The position numbers and the translations under genes are program-made. A stretch of DNA of 64,000 bases, taken from IMG/VR virus record IMGVR_UViG_3300033075_001055. One strand, given 5' to 3'. The first letter of the stretch is position 1, and the number at the start of each line of letters is the position of its first letter. The notes below the pieces were generated by a model, which was given only the letters and a program-made list of their open reading frames with translations, ran no database searches and was not told the DNA's origin. The stretch is from an uncultured virus (IMG/VR IMGVR_UViG_3300033075_001055) (lineage: Duplodnaviria; Heunggongvirae; Uroviricota; Caudoviricetes). Of the stretch, positions 36,580 through 46,094 are shown piece after piece.

Positions 36580-36984
36580 TCACGACTCGACCCCCAGCGC
36601 GGCGAGGACTTCGGAATGACTCACGACCCCTCCGTTAAGGCACGTTTCAAATCTGACAGCGCTGCCAAGGGCGCTGAAAGTGACGCGATATCGCGGCAGT
36701 GCCTTGACCTTCTCCCGCGCCTCCGCCAACGCCCGTTCCGCCGCATCTGCCCGTTTCGTTTCCGCCGCCATGCTTTCGAGCAACGTCGCATTGATGGCGC
36801 GGACGTGCGTGGCGTCGGATTCGGCGGCTTCTGCGCGGGCGCGTTCGGTGTCGCGCTCCCGCTTCAGCTCGTCAACGATGGCGAGGAGGCGGGCGCAACC
36901 TTCGTGCATGCCGTCTTTCCGATCTACGTGTGCCCATCGGCTCAGCAGCGCGCGAACTTCCTCAATCTCTTCGTCCCGGTTCAT
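36580..36984 (-). CDS. coiled-coil hypothetical protein (Ead/Ea22-like)
   Basis: ERARAEAAE repeats; coupled overlaps. Confidence 0.6.
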   Translation of the reverse strand: MNRDEEIEEVRALLSRWAHVDRKDGMHEGCARLLAIVDELKRERDTERARAEAAESDATHVRAINATLLESMAAETKRADAAERALAEAREKVKALPRYRVTFSALGSAVRFETCLNGGVVSHSEVLAALGVES

Positions 36985-37331
36985 CGTTTCACCCCATCGA
37001 TCGCGTCTCGTTGCTTGGCCAGGTCAAACTCGGAGTGCAGCATAATCCTGTTCGCCAGCGCTCGCATGGTTGGCGCCGCCGCCGCGTTCATGCTGTGGAT
37101 GTAGATCCGCGGCGATTCGTTGCCTTCCGCCATGACCCACTGTTCCAGCCAGGTCAGCACATCCATTCCCGTGCGAGGGTTGGCATACTCGCGACCTTCC
37201 CCGAGGTCGTGGTCAAGGCTGATTGCTTCCACGCCACCGGCCTTAATAGCGGCAATGACCTCTTCCGGCCACCGGCAAAGCGTCCAGCCTTCGTGCGGTT
37301 TGCGCTCGTCGTCTAGGTAGAGTTTGGTCAT
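36981..37331 (-). CDS. cyclic-phosphate-processing receiver-domain protein
   Basis: LYLDDER, ISLDHDLG, TGMDVL.W and IHSMN motifs. Confidence 0.82.
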   Translation of the reverse strand: MTKLYLDDERKPHEGWTLCRWPEEVIAAIKAGGVEAISLDHDLGEGREYANPRTGMDVLTWLEQWVMAEGNESPRIYIHSMNAAAAPTMRALANRIMLHSEFDLAKQRDAIDGVKR

Positions 37332-37624
37332 CGCTTCACCTTCGCTTTCTCCACTTCGTACGCGGCCATCCGCAAACTTTCCGCGTCACCCTGCCTGCGC
37401 TTGGCCTCCGCGCGCATCTCCTTCGCAGACAGCCGACGCCAGAAACCCGCACACCATCGCTCTTGCCCGCGCCTGGGTTGATAGTACCAACCAGATTCGT
37501 ACAAATTTGACGGCACAGGATCGGCAACAGCGCGATGCCAGTTCGGCAGCCCGCGCGTTTCTTCGTCCATGCGGCGCAGGCGAATCCACTCCCCCTTGCG
37601 AAACGGCTTCGGCCTGGTTGTCAT
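37328..37624 (-). CDS. hypothetical protein
   Basis: ATGA overlaps at both ends. Confidence 0.55.
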   Translation of the reverse strand: MTTRPKPFRKGEWIRLRRMDEETRGLPNWHRAVADPVPSNLYESGWYYQPRRGQERWCAGFWRRLSAKEMRAEAKRRQGDAESLRMAAYEVEKAKVKR

Positions 37625-37914
37625 TTTGGGACCTGCCCCCGGACAGCCACCGCCGCCCGATTCGTCAACATCTTCCGTTCGTTGCGCTCGTCCCGTCGCT
37701 GCTTCGCGTCCGCACGCGCGAGCCCAATCAAGTGCATGACATCGCATTCCAGACCGATAGCGAGCCCGTCCAGCGTCCGCGTCATGGGCTCGGACTCGGT
37801 GCCGCGTTCGAGGGCTCCGACCGTGGCTTGGCTCACGTTCGCGCGGCGGGCTAGGTCGCGTTGGCTGAGGCGGAGCGCGGTGCGGCGATCGTAGATGTAG
37901 GTTGAGAGGGTCAC
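37621..37914 (-). CDS. XRE-family HTH regulator
   Basis: RRTALRLSQRDLARRANVSQATVGALERG. Confidence 0.85.
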   Translation of the reverse strand: MTLSTYIYDRRTALRLSQRDLARRANVSQATVGALERGTESEPMTRTLDGLAIGLECDVMHLIGLARADAKQRRDERNERKMLTNRAAVAVRGQVPK

Positions 37915-38297
37915 GACTTGACCTCGGGCACGTCATCGCGCAGAACATCAGTCTCTCCGGTTGCAAATGCCCAGCCATCCTCGCCTAGGACCTTGCGAAT
38001 GACGGCCAGCAGTGCCACAGATCCCCTGCGCCGTTCGGTCAGAACGTGCCAGACATGGCGGCTCGATACGCTGGCTTGCCGTGCCACGCTTTCGACGCTT
38101 GCCCCACGAAGGTCAAGCGATGCGCGGAAGCGGCGGTAGTTGAAAGCGGGTTGCGCTGGCCGTTCCGACTTCTTGCGCTCTGGTTCAGCCTGCCGGTATC
38201 TTTCCAATCCGTCCGATTTATCTTCGTGCCCCTCATCGCTGATTGTCAGTTCCCCGCGCAACAGTTCCTTCAGTTCTGCATTTGTACGTTCGTCCAT
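37911..38297 (-). CDS. HTH protein
   Basis: SVESVARQASVSSRHVWHVL. Confidence 0.65.
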   Translation of the reverse strand: MDERTNAELKELLRGELTISDEGHEDKSDGLERYRQAEPERKKSERPAQPAFNYRRFRASLDLRGASVESVARQASVSSRHVWHVLTERRRGSVALLAVIRKVLGEDGWAFATGETDVLRDDVPEVKS

Positions 38298-38522
38298 CTC
38301 TCGTCTCCTCACTCACAGCCCCACAACCGGCGCGCGGCTTCGATCGCGGCTTCGGGGGTGGGTTGCATTTCGTGCTCTTCGTTCGCGTGCACCAGAGTTT
38401 TTCCCAGCCTGGGCGTGTGGTAGAACCACCGGACGCGGGTGAGGTATTGTTCGGGCTGACACGCTCTCGCCACCACCTTCCCGTCAACGCAGGCGGGCAG
38501 GTACTTGATCACGGGCATGCGA

Positions 38523-38792
38523 CTACTCCTCAATCTTCAGCGCGCGAGCGATCATGTCCAGACCGCGGGGATGTGGGCCGAGCGACTTGTGGGCAATGGC
38601 AATCAACATCGCGCCCTCCAATGTCCACGCACCCTCGCTGGTGTCTTTGCCGTCGACCCAGACGTGATACTGATGCGATTCGTCAGGCTCGCGCGTCCCT
38701 GGCTTGTACGGCTGATACTTCGCGATGTGGTACGGACCGATCTCGTACTCCTCGACGATGCGGCCCCAGACAAAGCGTTCGGATGGGCGCAT
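38523..38792 (-). CDS. hypothetical phage protein
   Basis: GGAG RBS; WG..VEEYEIGPYHI pattern. Confidence 0.55.
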   Translation of the reverse strand: MRPSERFVWGRIVEEYEIGPYHIAKYQPYKPGTREPDESHQYHVWVDGKDTSEGAWTLEGAMLIAIAHKSLGPHPRGLDMIARALKIEE

Positions 38793-39302
38793 TAGCGGGG
38801 CTCCACCACAAACGGGTACGGGTCGAACGTGCCGCCGATCTGCGTGATTCGTTGCTCGAACGAAGCCACATCCACAAGCCAGGACTGAACACATCCGTAG
38901 TTATCGCCCTGGCAGCGCGCGGCCTCAATTGCCATGACGAGCGACGTTCGGCGGCGGTTCAGTTCTTCGATTGTTGCTTTCAGAAGTTCGGTCATGTGCT
39001 CTGTCCTTCGCGGGCTAGTTGTGCAACTCAACGCGCAGATACGGGCCTTTAGCGCCGACGCAATGCGTGACCATGACGATGCGCAGGATCGGTTTCTTGT
39101 CACCCATCAAACCCTGCATCCGTTCTCCGATGCGCGGCGCGGACGCGGTCTGTGTCGGCCACTCAGCGCGCTTCCATTGGTCGAGATTCGTGAAGCATTG
39201 AACTGGAAACACGTACTCTCCTTGCCCGGCTCGGTTTTTATTTCGGTCAGCGTGACGTGCAGCATACTTTCTCTCCTTGCCCGGCGAACCGGGCGGGGTG
39301 GG

Positions 39303-39545
39303 TTAGCGTCCGATTGCCTGCAACTTCGCGCGCTCACGGTTCGCAATGGCGATGCACTTGCGCCAGTACGAGAGGTCGCCGGGGGTTTCGCCCATTGCGA
39401 AGTACTGGTTGTTTGCGCGATCCACTGCCAACTCTGCGCGGCGCAGGACCTCTTTCTGCTCCTGGTACGCGCTCCAGCGGTCGGCTTCGGCTTGCGCGAT
39501 GGCGAGTTCGGCGGCGGTCTGTTCGGCTTGGGTTGCGGTGGTCAT
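39303..39545 (-). CDS. hypothetical helical protein
   Basis: followed by a GCCCGG-TTCG-CCGGGC hairpin and an RBS. Confidence 0.55.
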   Translation of the reverse strand: MTTATQAEQTAAELAIAQAEADRWSAYQEQKEVLRRAELAVDRANNQYFAMGETPGDLSYWRKCIAIANRERAKLQAIGR

Positions 39546-39564
39546 GGTGATCGCTCGTAGTGGG

Positions 39565-39831
39565 TTAGTCTTCGTGAGTCATGGAACGCACTCGCGCACG
39601 CTCACACAGAAAGCACTTGCCATCGGATCTACGGTGGCGATCGTCGGAGTGCAGCGGGTTCGCGCAATGCGACTTGCCAAACACGGGCGCACTCACCGGC
39701 TTGGCGCTGGTCATTTTGAGGCGAGCAAGCGCACGTTGCGCAGTCAGGTTGCCGGGACGCTTGGCGATGCACTCGGCGGCGATTTCCAGCGAGCAACCTA
39801 CTTCGGCGGCCAGTTCGTTGTTCGTTTCCAT
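39565..39831 (-). CDS. first early gene; Zn-binding C-terminus (leaderless)
   Basis: C...H...CFLC; ATG 7 nt after TAGAGT. Confidence 0.6.
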   Translation of the reverse strand: METNNELAAEVGCSLEIAAECIAKRPGNLTAQRALARLKMTSAKPVSAPVFGKSHCANPLHSDDRHRRSDGKCFLCERARVRSMTHED

Positions 39832-39838
39832 GAACAGA

Positions 39839-39866
39839 ACTCTACTCGCTCTGCCCGCGAAGTCAA
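39839..39866 (-). promoter_or_regulatory. sigma70-type early promoter with UP-like A-tracts
   Basis: AAAATAA repeats, then TTGACT-N16-TAGAGT-TCTGTTC-ATG. Confidence 0.75.
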
Positions 39867-40121
39867 ACAATTATTTTCAGCCGTGCGATTATTTTTCGGG
39901 TGCCGTCGGTGGGATCATTCCGGTGAGGGCAACGAAATGATGGCGACCAAGTTCGTGAGGGCGCGAAATTGATGTGGGAACGGGGCTTGGTAAGAGCGAG
40001 GAGGGTGCCCGGCAGACCGGGTGCGAAGCGATCTGCCGGGCGGGGAGGGAGGGAGAGACGAACGCGAGGATGAATCGCGAACGGGGGAAGACTAGGACGG
40101 ATGATGGGGCGGGGTCAAGCC

Positions 40122-40613
40122 CTATTCGTCGTCGCGCTCAAACGGCGAGCGGCGATAATACAACGGCGTCGACGAGAAAATAGCCGCCGATTCTGGTGGT
40201 GACGGGGAGGTCGGCGCAGGCGGTTTCGCCAATTTGCCGCACACGCGCCGCCCGTTGCCAACGTCAACGCACTCTTGACCGTCTGGGCACTTGCGCGGGC
40301 ATGATGCCGCCTCTTGGATGGTTCCTCTTAGGGTCGCTACCTCTGACGCAGTGTAAGCCACGCCAGAGCCCCCGAGAATCGCCACGAATACCAGCGCAAG
40401 GGGGCCAAGGTCCGGCGGCGGGGACGGGGCATTGCGCTCGATCTCGGGCTTGCTAGAGGGCGATGCAGCAGCCAGCAACTCAGCATGCCGCGCTTTGCGG
40501 TCCTCGTATCGGTCGTTGTAGTACGCCTTAAGCCAGCGATACCCGAAGCCAGCCAACGCCGTGATAAGGGCTGTGCTGATTGTGATGAGTGCCTGCCACG
40601 CTGCGTCGGTCAT
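40122..40613 (-). CDS. two-TM membrane protein (holin-like position) with a Cys-rich tail
   Basis: TM segments ALITISTALITALAGFG and LALVFVAILGGSGVAY; last gene of the late operon. Confidence 0.55.
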   Translation of the reverse strand: MTDAAWQALITISTALITALAGFGYRWLKAYYNDRYEDRKARHAELLAAASPSSKPEIERNAPSPPPDLGPLALVFVAILGGSGVAYTASEVATLRGTIQEAASCPRKCPDGQECVDVGNGRRVCGKLAKPPAPTSPSPPESAAIFSSTPLYYRRSPFERDDE

Positions 40614-41122
40614 CAGTCCACCGGAAACAGTTCGTCCGCGGCGTTGAGCAAGTACGCGATCAGCCCCGGTCGACGTTGAAAGTAATCGGTCTCGAAAAAG
40701 CCATCGGGTGGCTTAGCGGTGCAGTGCGTCGTGTCACTTGCCCACGTCGAAAACGTGTCACGGTCCATGAGCCACGCCGGGCGCACGTCCTGCCGCACGG
40801 ACCACACGCGGTAAGCAGGCACACCACAACCAGACACAGCGGCAGGCTCGAGCGTTGCGACCCACTGAAGATCTGTGCGCGTGGCTAGCGCGTGTACCTC
40901 GTTGTTGCCGTGACACACGATAGTTGGATGCGTGGCTGGAATACATCGCTCAATGCAGCCCGCAGACCATAGCGCGACCTCGATACTGTCGGCGCATTCT
41001 GGAAATGGCGCATCAATCGCCGCGGGCGCTGAACGTTGCACGCCAGCAGTCCGCGGATGCGGCACGAAGTCTCCACCGCAAGCGACTAACAACGCGCACA
41101 GACTAAGAAGCAATTTTGACAT
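40613..41122 (-). CDS. Cys-containing lipoprotein
   Basis: MSKLLLSLCALLVAC lipobox; AAGGA RBS. Confidence 0.65.
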   Translation of the reverse strand: MSKLLLSLCALLVACGGDFVPHPRTAGVQRSAPAAIDAPFPECADSIEVALWSAGCIERCIPATHPTIVCHGNNEVHALATRTDLQWVATLEPAAVSGCGVPAYRVWSVRQDVRPAWLMDRDTFSTWASDTTHCTAKPPDGFFETDYFQRRPGLIAYLLNAADELFPVD

Positions 41123-43223
41123 ATCGCATCCTTGTGTAACCCGTGGCGTCGCTCCCAATGTCAGACAGCGTGTATGTCGCTGTGCCGTTTCGACTTGCGT
41201 ACAATTTGATAGTTTTGCTTGCGGCAACGGTAATAATTGTACCGATTGGCGTCGTCGCAAAAAAGTACTTGCTTAACGTACCGGCATACGTACACATCGT
41301 TGCAGTGTTGGCAACTATGGCCGCATCCGTAGAGTTGTACAGGTACGCGCGTATATAACCATCAGCGACAGTGACGAACAAATCGCCACGCACCTCTGCC
41401 GTTATCAGATAGGTTCCAGCAGACGGCAGCTTGACTGAAAGCCCCGTGTCCTGGAACACGCCGTCTGCACCGGTAATCGTGAACGGCGAACCAAGCACGC
41501 TTTCGGAAGCGGTAGCAGTGACTGGATTGGACCACGTCGGCGCGCTTGCTCCGGCACTTGTTAGTACTTGCCCCGCGGTCCCGGCCGCAGTGCATCCCTG
41601 TGCGCTAGTGCTTGCCCCGTAAATCGCCCCGCCCGCCACGAAGTTTGAGGTCTGTCCCGTGCCGCCGTTACCCACCGGGACCGTTTGCAGCCACGAGGGA
41701 GCGCCCACGCCGCCAGACTTAAGCAAATAGCCGGACGTTCCAGCGGCGAGACTTGCAAGCCCGGTCGTAGACGTGCTGTACAGCAGTTCGCCAGCGCTGC
41801 CAAACGACGCGAGACCTGTGCCTCCGCTGGTTGCCGGTAGGGTGGTCACCCACGACAGCGTGGTCGCGTTGCTGGTTAGAATGGCATTGGCTACGAACGG
41901 CAATGCACTTGCGCGTGTACCGTTGTCGTAGATGATGCGTCCATTCGCAACCCCAGTCGGGGGAAGGCGCGTATCGTTGCCCTGCGTGGCGGTGCCGGAC
42001 GCCGTGCCATAGCTGACCGATAGCGAGGTCGAGCCGCCTAGCGCAACCGTTCCGCCGCCCAACAAGCCCGTGCTTGCGGTGACAGTGATGGACGAGTTCG
42101 TTAGCGACGCATTGCCGATGCTTGAAAGCGTGTTGCTGACACCGCTGATCGTCTTGTTTGTCAGCACCTGCGAACCGGTCAGGGTCGCGACAGTGGTATC
42201 AATTGCGATCGTCGGATTGCCGCTGACTCCGTCGCCGTTTGTGACTCCGATGCCAGTCCCAGCCGTAACCGTGCGCTGTGCCCATGTATCGGCAGCAGTC
42301 CGCACGGCTAGACCCGTCCCGCTCAGTCCTTCTAGCGCGGCGAGGTCGTTAGCTAGAGCGAACGTCGACGATGCCCCAAGCGATACCGGCGTGGTAATCG
42401 TGAGACCGGCGGCGGGCTGGGTTAATCCGATTGTCGAATTCGTCAGCGCAGCATTCGGCACGGTCCCGAATGCGGGGGGAGAGCCGCCCAGAAGCACTTG
42501 ACTGGACGTGCCTGCGTTGCTCTCAACAATCGCGCCGCCGGATGAAATCAAGGCACGGTTGTTATTCAGCGCCGTGCTTGAATTTGTACCACCGTTCGCG
42601 ACTGGAATAACGCCCGTGAGCGAGATGTTAGGCGAACCACCGCCCGACGACGCAAGCGGGGGCGAAGCCGTGACCGCGGACACGCCACCGGCTGGGATTG
42701 CTGCCCAGACTACATCCGTACCGTTGTACTTGAGGAAGTCGCCGGCAGATGCGGTTGCGGGGTCGATAAAGACCGTGGGGACGGGACCGCCGCTGTCGGT
42801 GACTCCGAGTGGCGGCGTAGTGGCGATTGCGGTGAGGTCGCCTGATGACGCAGGTTGCGCCCGCGCCCATACGGACCACTTGTCAGTGACCGATTCAATG
42901 ACGACTGAGCCGCCGTCCGTGTCAATTACCACCGACGACGCACCGCCGACGAACGGGCCAACGATTTCAATGTTGTACGTGCCCGCGTTGCCCTTTTTAT
43001 CGCGGAACCGCAGACGACGCGCGCCGGGCTCTACAGGCTCATTGGCAAGCGGCGGAAGCGTAAAGGTAACGGTTCCCTCGTCGCTCGCCATATCGACAGC
43101 GAGCGTAAAATCGTTGTCGTAGATGACCGCTTGCTCTGGAGTGGTTACGACCCGCTCCCCGAGGTACAGAATGCCCTGTGACTGGATCTGTTGCGCCCTG
43201 AAGTCTACGCCGCTGTCATTCAT
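41103..43223 (-). CDS. tail fibre protein
   Basis: Gly/Ser/Thr-rich repeats (PVANGGT, LTNKTI, GQVLTS.G...PTW) and a C-terminal beta domain. Confidence 0.8.
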   Translation of the reverse strand: MNDSGVDFRAQQIQSQGILYLGERVVTTPEQAVIYDNDFTLAVDMASDEGTVTFTLPPLANEPVEPGARRLRFRDKKGNAGTYNIEIVGPFVGGASSVVIDTDGGSVVIESVTDKWSVWARAQPASSGDLTAIATTPPLGVTDSGGPVPTVFIDPATASAGDFLKYNGTDVVWAAIPAGGVSAVTASPPLASSGGGSPNISLTGVIPVANGGTNSSTALNNNRALISSGGAIVESNAGTSSQVLLGGSPPAFGTVPNAALTNSTIGLTQPAAGLTITTPVSLGASSTFALANDLAALEGLSGTGLAVRTAADTWAQRTVTAGTGIGVTNGDGVSGNPTIAIDTTVATLTGSQVLTNKTISGVSNTLSSIGNASLTNSSITVTASTGLLGGGTVALGGSTSLSVSYGTASGTATQGNDTRLPPTGVANGRIIYDNGTRASALPFVANAILTSNATTLSWVTTLPATSGGTGLASFGSAGELLYSTSTTGLASLAAGTSGYLLKSGGVGAPSWLQTVPVGNGGTGQTSNFVAGGAIYGASTSAQGCTAAGTAGQVLTSAGASAPTWSNPVTATASESVLGSPFTITGADGVFQDTGLSVKLPSAGTYLITAEVRGDLFVTVADGYIRAYLYNSTDAAIVANTATMCTYAGTLSKYFFATTPIGTIITVAASKTIKLYASRNGTATYTLSDIGSDATGYTRMRYVKIAS

Positions 43224-43930
43224 CGCACCGTGCCCCAAACGCTGAAGACGATATCGCTGCCCGTGCCATTAACATCACAGACAACGCGCAAACCTTTCGC
43301 CGTCGTGGTCCCATTACCTAGCGCCATTGCCGACGCGACCGTTACTGAGCCGCTTGTATCAGTCAAAAGCGCGTTGCCAGTGAGGGAAGCAACAGGAATC
43401 GTAAGCAAATCCACGCCCGCGGAGTCCTCCACGGTGCACGTTGCCACGGTTGCCCACGCAGTAGCGCCGTTGACCTTTAGCCGGATGCCTGCCGTGTATG
43501 CTCTCTGCGCCACGGGCACATCGGCATCCGCAAGGCAGGTTACGGGCGTTGCAGCGGCGGCACTTGTCAGCGTACAGACGCGAAAAAACGCCTTGTCGCC
43601 TGCGTTCGTCAGCGGGATATTCGCGCCCAGCCCACGCACGTAGAAGGTATTCGCCGTCGTATCGTACCAAATCCAGCCGGTAAGCGGGCTAACGGGCGGA
43701 CCTGCGGACAAACGCAGATACCACGCTTCGCCCATCGTCATCTGATTTCCCGCTGCATCTTGGAACGCGACACGGGACGGGCTGCTAGCCGAGGTCCCGA
43801 GAATGCACACGCGCCCAGTCGGACACGAAGACCCAGGACCAGGGACGAGCCGAATCGAGTTTACAGACAGGTTTTGAGCATGCGACACGGACGCGCAAAG
43901 CAGCAAGACAAGGGTTAGCCACAGACGCAT
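43220..43930 (-). CDS. tail-associated protein with an N-terminal signal peptide
   Basis: MRLWLTLVLLLCASVSHA-QN; P..GWIWYDT fibre-type motif. Confidence 0.6.
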   Translation of the reverse strand: MRLWLTLVLLLCASVSHAQNLSVNSIRLVPGPGSSCPTGRVCILGTSASSPSRVAFQDAAGNQMTMGEAWYLRLSAGPPVSPLTGWIWYDTTANTFYVRGLGANIPLTNAGDKAFFRVCTLTSAAAATPVTCLADADVPVAQRAYTAGIRLKVNGATAWATVATCTVEDSAGVDLLTIPVASLTGNALLTDTSGSVTVASAMALGNGTTTAKGLRVVCDVNGTGSDIVFSVWGTVR

Positions 43931-43932
43931 GG

Positions 43933-44649
43933 TTAGTTTCCGATCGCAAGCACGTTGATGTACACGGTTGAAGTCATGCCGGGAGCAATTTGGATGGTCG
44001 CGGCAGAGCTCGAGACGATAGGTTCCCCTGCGCCATCCTGCTTAACCGCGGGCGCGCTGAAATTCCCATCTTTGTCGTACTCGCCCGACACAAACACGTT
44101 AGGCGGACCACTGAACGCGACCGGGAACGATGCCGCGACCGCTTCGACGCCCACGGCGAAGGGGATACGCAGGCTTTGAACCTTGCCCCCGAGCGCGCCC
44201 GCAGACGCTTGGAAATTGCTAACCGACCACGCATCTGCTGCAAGTTGCGTCAGTTCGTCGGGGACATTGACGGTCGCACCCAGCGTCATCGTAGAGAGCA
44301 ATTGTCCGCGATAGACCACGGGACCGTTCGCAGCCCACGGATTCACCAACTCCCATTGCGGCGGCGGTCCGATCGGATTGCCGGACGGGTCCTTTGGGCG
44401 GTGCATCTCCGTGTCGGTGAACGGGACCATAGCAAAAGTCGCATAGCCCGTTCCGCTGGTCACGGCTTTCCAAAACGACTCATAGCCAACATCGCCGTTT
44501 TGATTCTTGTTCCAAGCATAGTACGTACTGCCGTTGAGATATGTGACGTTCATATCCACCGGGCGCAGGTACACAGCCTTATTCGCCCACGGCTGAAACA
44601 CGCCCGCGGAATCGACATAGCCGATCCGAATCGTAAGCGCTTTCATCAC
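43933..44649 (-). CDS. tail-associated protein (C-terminal gp53/H-lectin-like)
   Basis: FPVAFSGPPNV...YINVLAIGN. Confidence 0.55.
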   Translation of the reverse strand: MMKALTIRIGYVDSAGVFQPWANKAVYLRPVDMNVTYLNGSTYYAWNKNQNGDVGYESFWKAVTSGTGYATFAMVPFTDTEMHRPKDPSGNPIGPPPQWELVNPWAANGPVVYRGQLLSTMTLGATVNVPDELTQLAADAWSVSNFQASAGALGGKVQSLRIPFAVGVEAVAASFPVAFSGPPNVFVSGEYDKDGNFSAPAVKQDGAGEPIVSSSAATIQIAPGMTSTVYINVLAIGN

Positions 44650-45353
44650 GCGCCCTCGACGGCGGCAAGAACCGTCACATGATCCAATGGATCGGGAGCG
44701 CTGGCACTCTTTGCCAAAGCGCGGACGCCAAAGTAATTCTTGACATCCAACTCGATCGAGTAATCGGCCGTGTTTCCCGCGCCGGGGGCTAGCGTGTGCT
44801 CAACCGCAGCCGGCAAAATTCCGCCAACCGTCGTCGCTACATCGGTCCAATGCGTCTGCGCACACGGACGAGCACCGAACGTATCCCCTAGCACGCCCTT
44901 GTTCGTTGTCCCGCTCTTTGTGGCGACAAAGTCGGTAGAGAGCGACGCATTAACGTACGCATGCACGGCATCGATCGTGCCAGAGCCCCGGCTGAGTGCA
45001 TCCGTGGGCAACAGGATTGTCAATAGCCCGCCCGCGAACGTGCTGCCAATCGCCGCCGATGCCGTGGTCTGCTGCGTCATCTGAACGCGGTAGAAATCGC
45101 TAGTCAGCGCAGCAATGCGGAGCGTCCCCTGTTCCGACCCTGGGCCGCGTACTGCGAAGTCGCAATTGTTCGCTGGAATCGGGAGTGCTTGGATTTTGAC
45201 AACCGAAGCAATGACCTCCTGATGCACACGAGCTAGCAGCGGGAATTTGTAGCTGCTGCCAGCGTCGTACAGGACTTCTTCTGAGCCCGTGAGCGCGGTT
45301 GGATACGATGCCGGCGTGGCTCGGTCAAACAGGATGATGTCATGCGACGACAT
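44646..45353 (-). CDS. virion structural protein (unassigned)
   Basis: coupled in the tail operon; beta-rich composition. Confidence 0.55.
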   Translation of the reverse strand: MSSHDIILFDRATPASYPTALTGSEEVLYDAGSSYKFPLLARVHQEVIASVVKIQALPIPANNCDFAVRGPGSEQGTLRIAALTSDFYRVQMTQQTTASAAIGSTFAGGLLTILLPTDALSRGSGTIDAVHAYVNASLSTDFVATKSGTTNKGVLGDTFGARPCAQTHWTDVATTVGGILPAAVEHTLAPGAGNTADYSIELDVKNYFGVRALAKSASAPDPLDHVTVLAAVEGA

Positions 45354-45356
45354 GCG

Positions 45357-46094
45357 TTACCTCATCAGGATCGCGTGGAAGTAATCAATTTGATAGCCGT
45401 TGCCAGTAGTCCCGGCGGCTAGATTCATCTGTTGTATGCGACACGTATCGACAAGAGATGTCGCATAGGGGCCCGTGAAGACCACCACGCCATCAATGTA
45501 GGCGGTTATGGCGCCGTTCTTGCGCGCGATCTGTAGTTCGTAGTACTGGCCATCAACGACCGGAATGCCCGTGTCAAAAAGCACACCGTTTAGATTTACC
45601 TGCCAGTTCACCAGATTGCTGCCAGCCACAAACTTGACCATGTCGGCCAAAACAGTGAGGTCAGTCAACCCGATGCCAAAGCCAGGGACGGCGGCAACAT
45701 CCAGTTCCGCATGGGCATCAACGCGAACCTTAATCGACAGCGTGAAATCAAACGTGTCGATGTAGTTTTCGTTGTCGATGGCAAGCCAGGTGGACACCCC
45801 AGGAACCGCGCACGAGACGCCCCATTCACCCATGACGCCGGGGGCGCCTGGGGCTGCCTGAAACTTGTTGACGTTCGTTGCTGTGATGACTTCAAACGTG
45901 CCAAACTTGCCGGCCGGATAGGAGCGCTCCGTGTACTCATCCCGCAAAAGCGCAGCCGACCGTCCCCATAGACCACCGATGATGTCCTGTAGCCCCTCCT
46001 CGGTGAGGTTTAGGAACTCGGCATTAATCGCCGGTCCGACGGAGTCAACAAACGCAGCATATGGGACATTTGGGTAACGGTCGGGCGTTTCCAT
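45357..46094 (-). CDS. baseplate-proximal tail protein with a lectin/ConA-like domain
   Basis: INAEFLN..EEG fibre-attachment motif; YYELQIAR....TAYIDG. Confidence 0.6.
   Translation of the reverse strand: METPDRYPNVPYAAFVDSVGPAINAEFLNLTEEGLQDIIGGLWGRSAALLRDEYTERSYPAGKFGTFEVITATNVNKFQAAPGAPGVMGEWGVSCAVPGVSTWLAIDNENYIDTFDFTLSIKVRVDAHAELDVAAVPGFGIGLTDLTVLADMVKFVAGSNLVNWQVNLNGVLFDTGIPVVDGQYYELQIARKNGAITAYIDGVVVFTGPYATSLVDTCRIQQMNLAAGTTGNGYQIDYFHAILMR

Larger units (their letters stand above)
32036..36583 (-). pseudogene. 87-aa phage gene interrupted by the transposon (5' part 36418-36583, 3' part 32036-32133)
   Basis: removing 32143-36417 and one target copy gives the open frame MSKFPN...MTDTRVE-QCQHELR...MDAGEA*, coupled to both neighbours. 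Confidence 0.8.
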
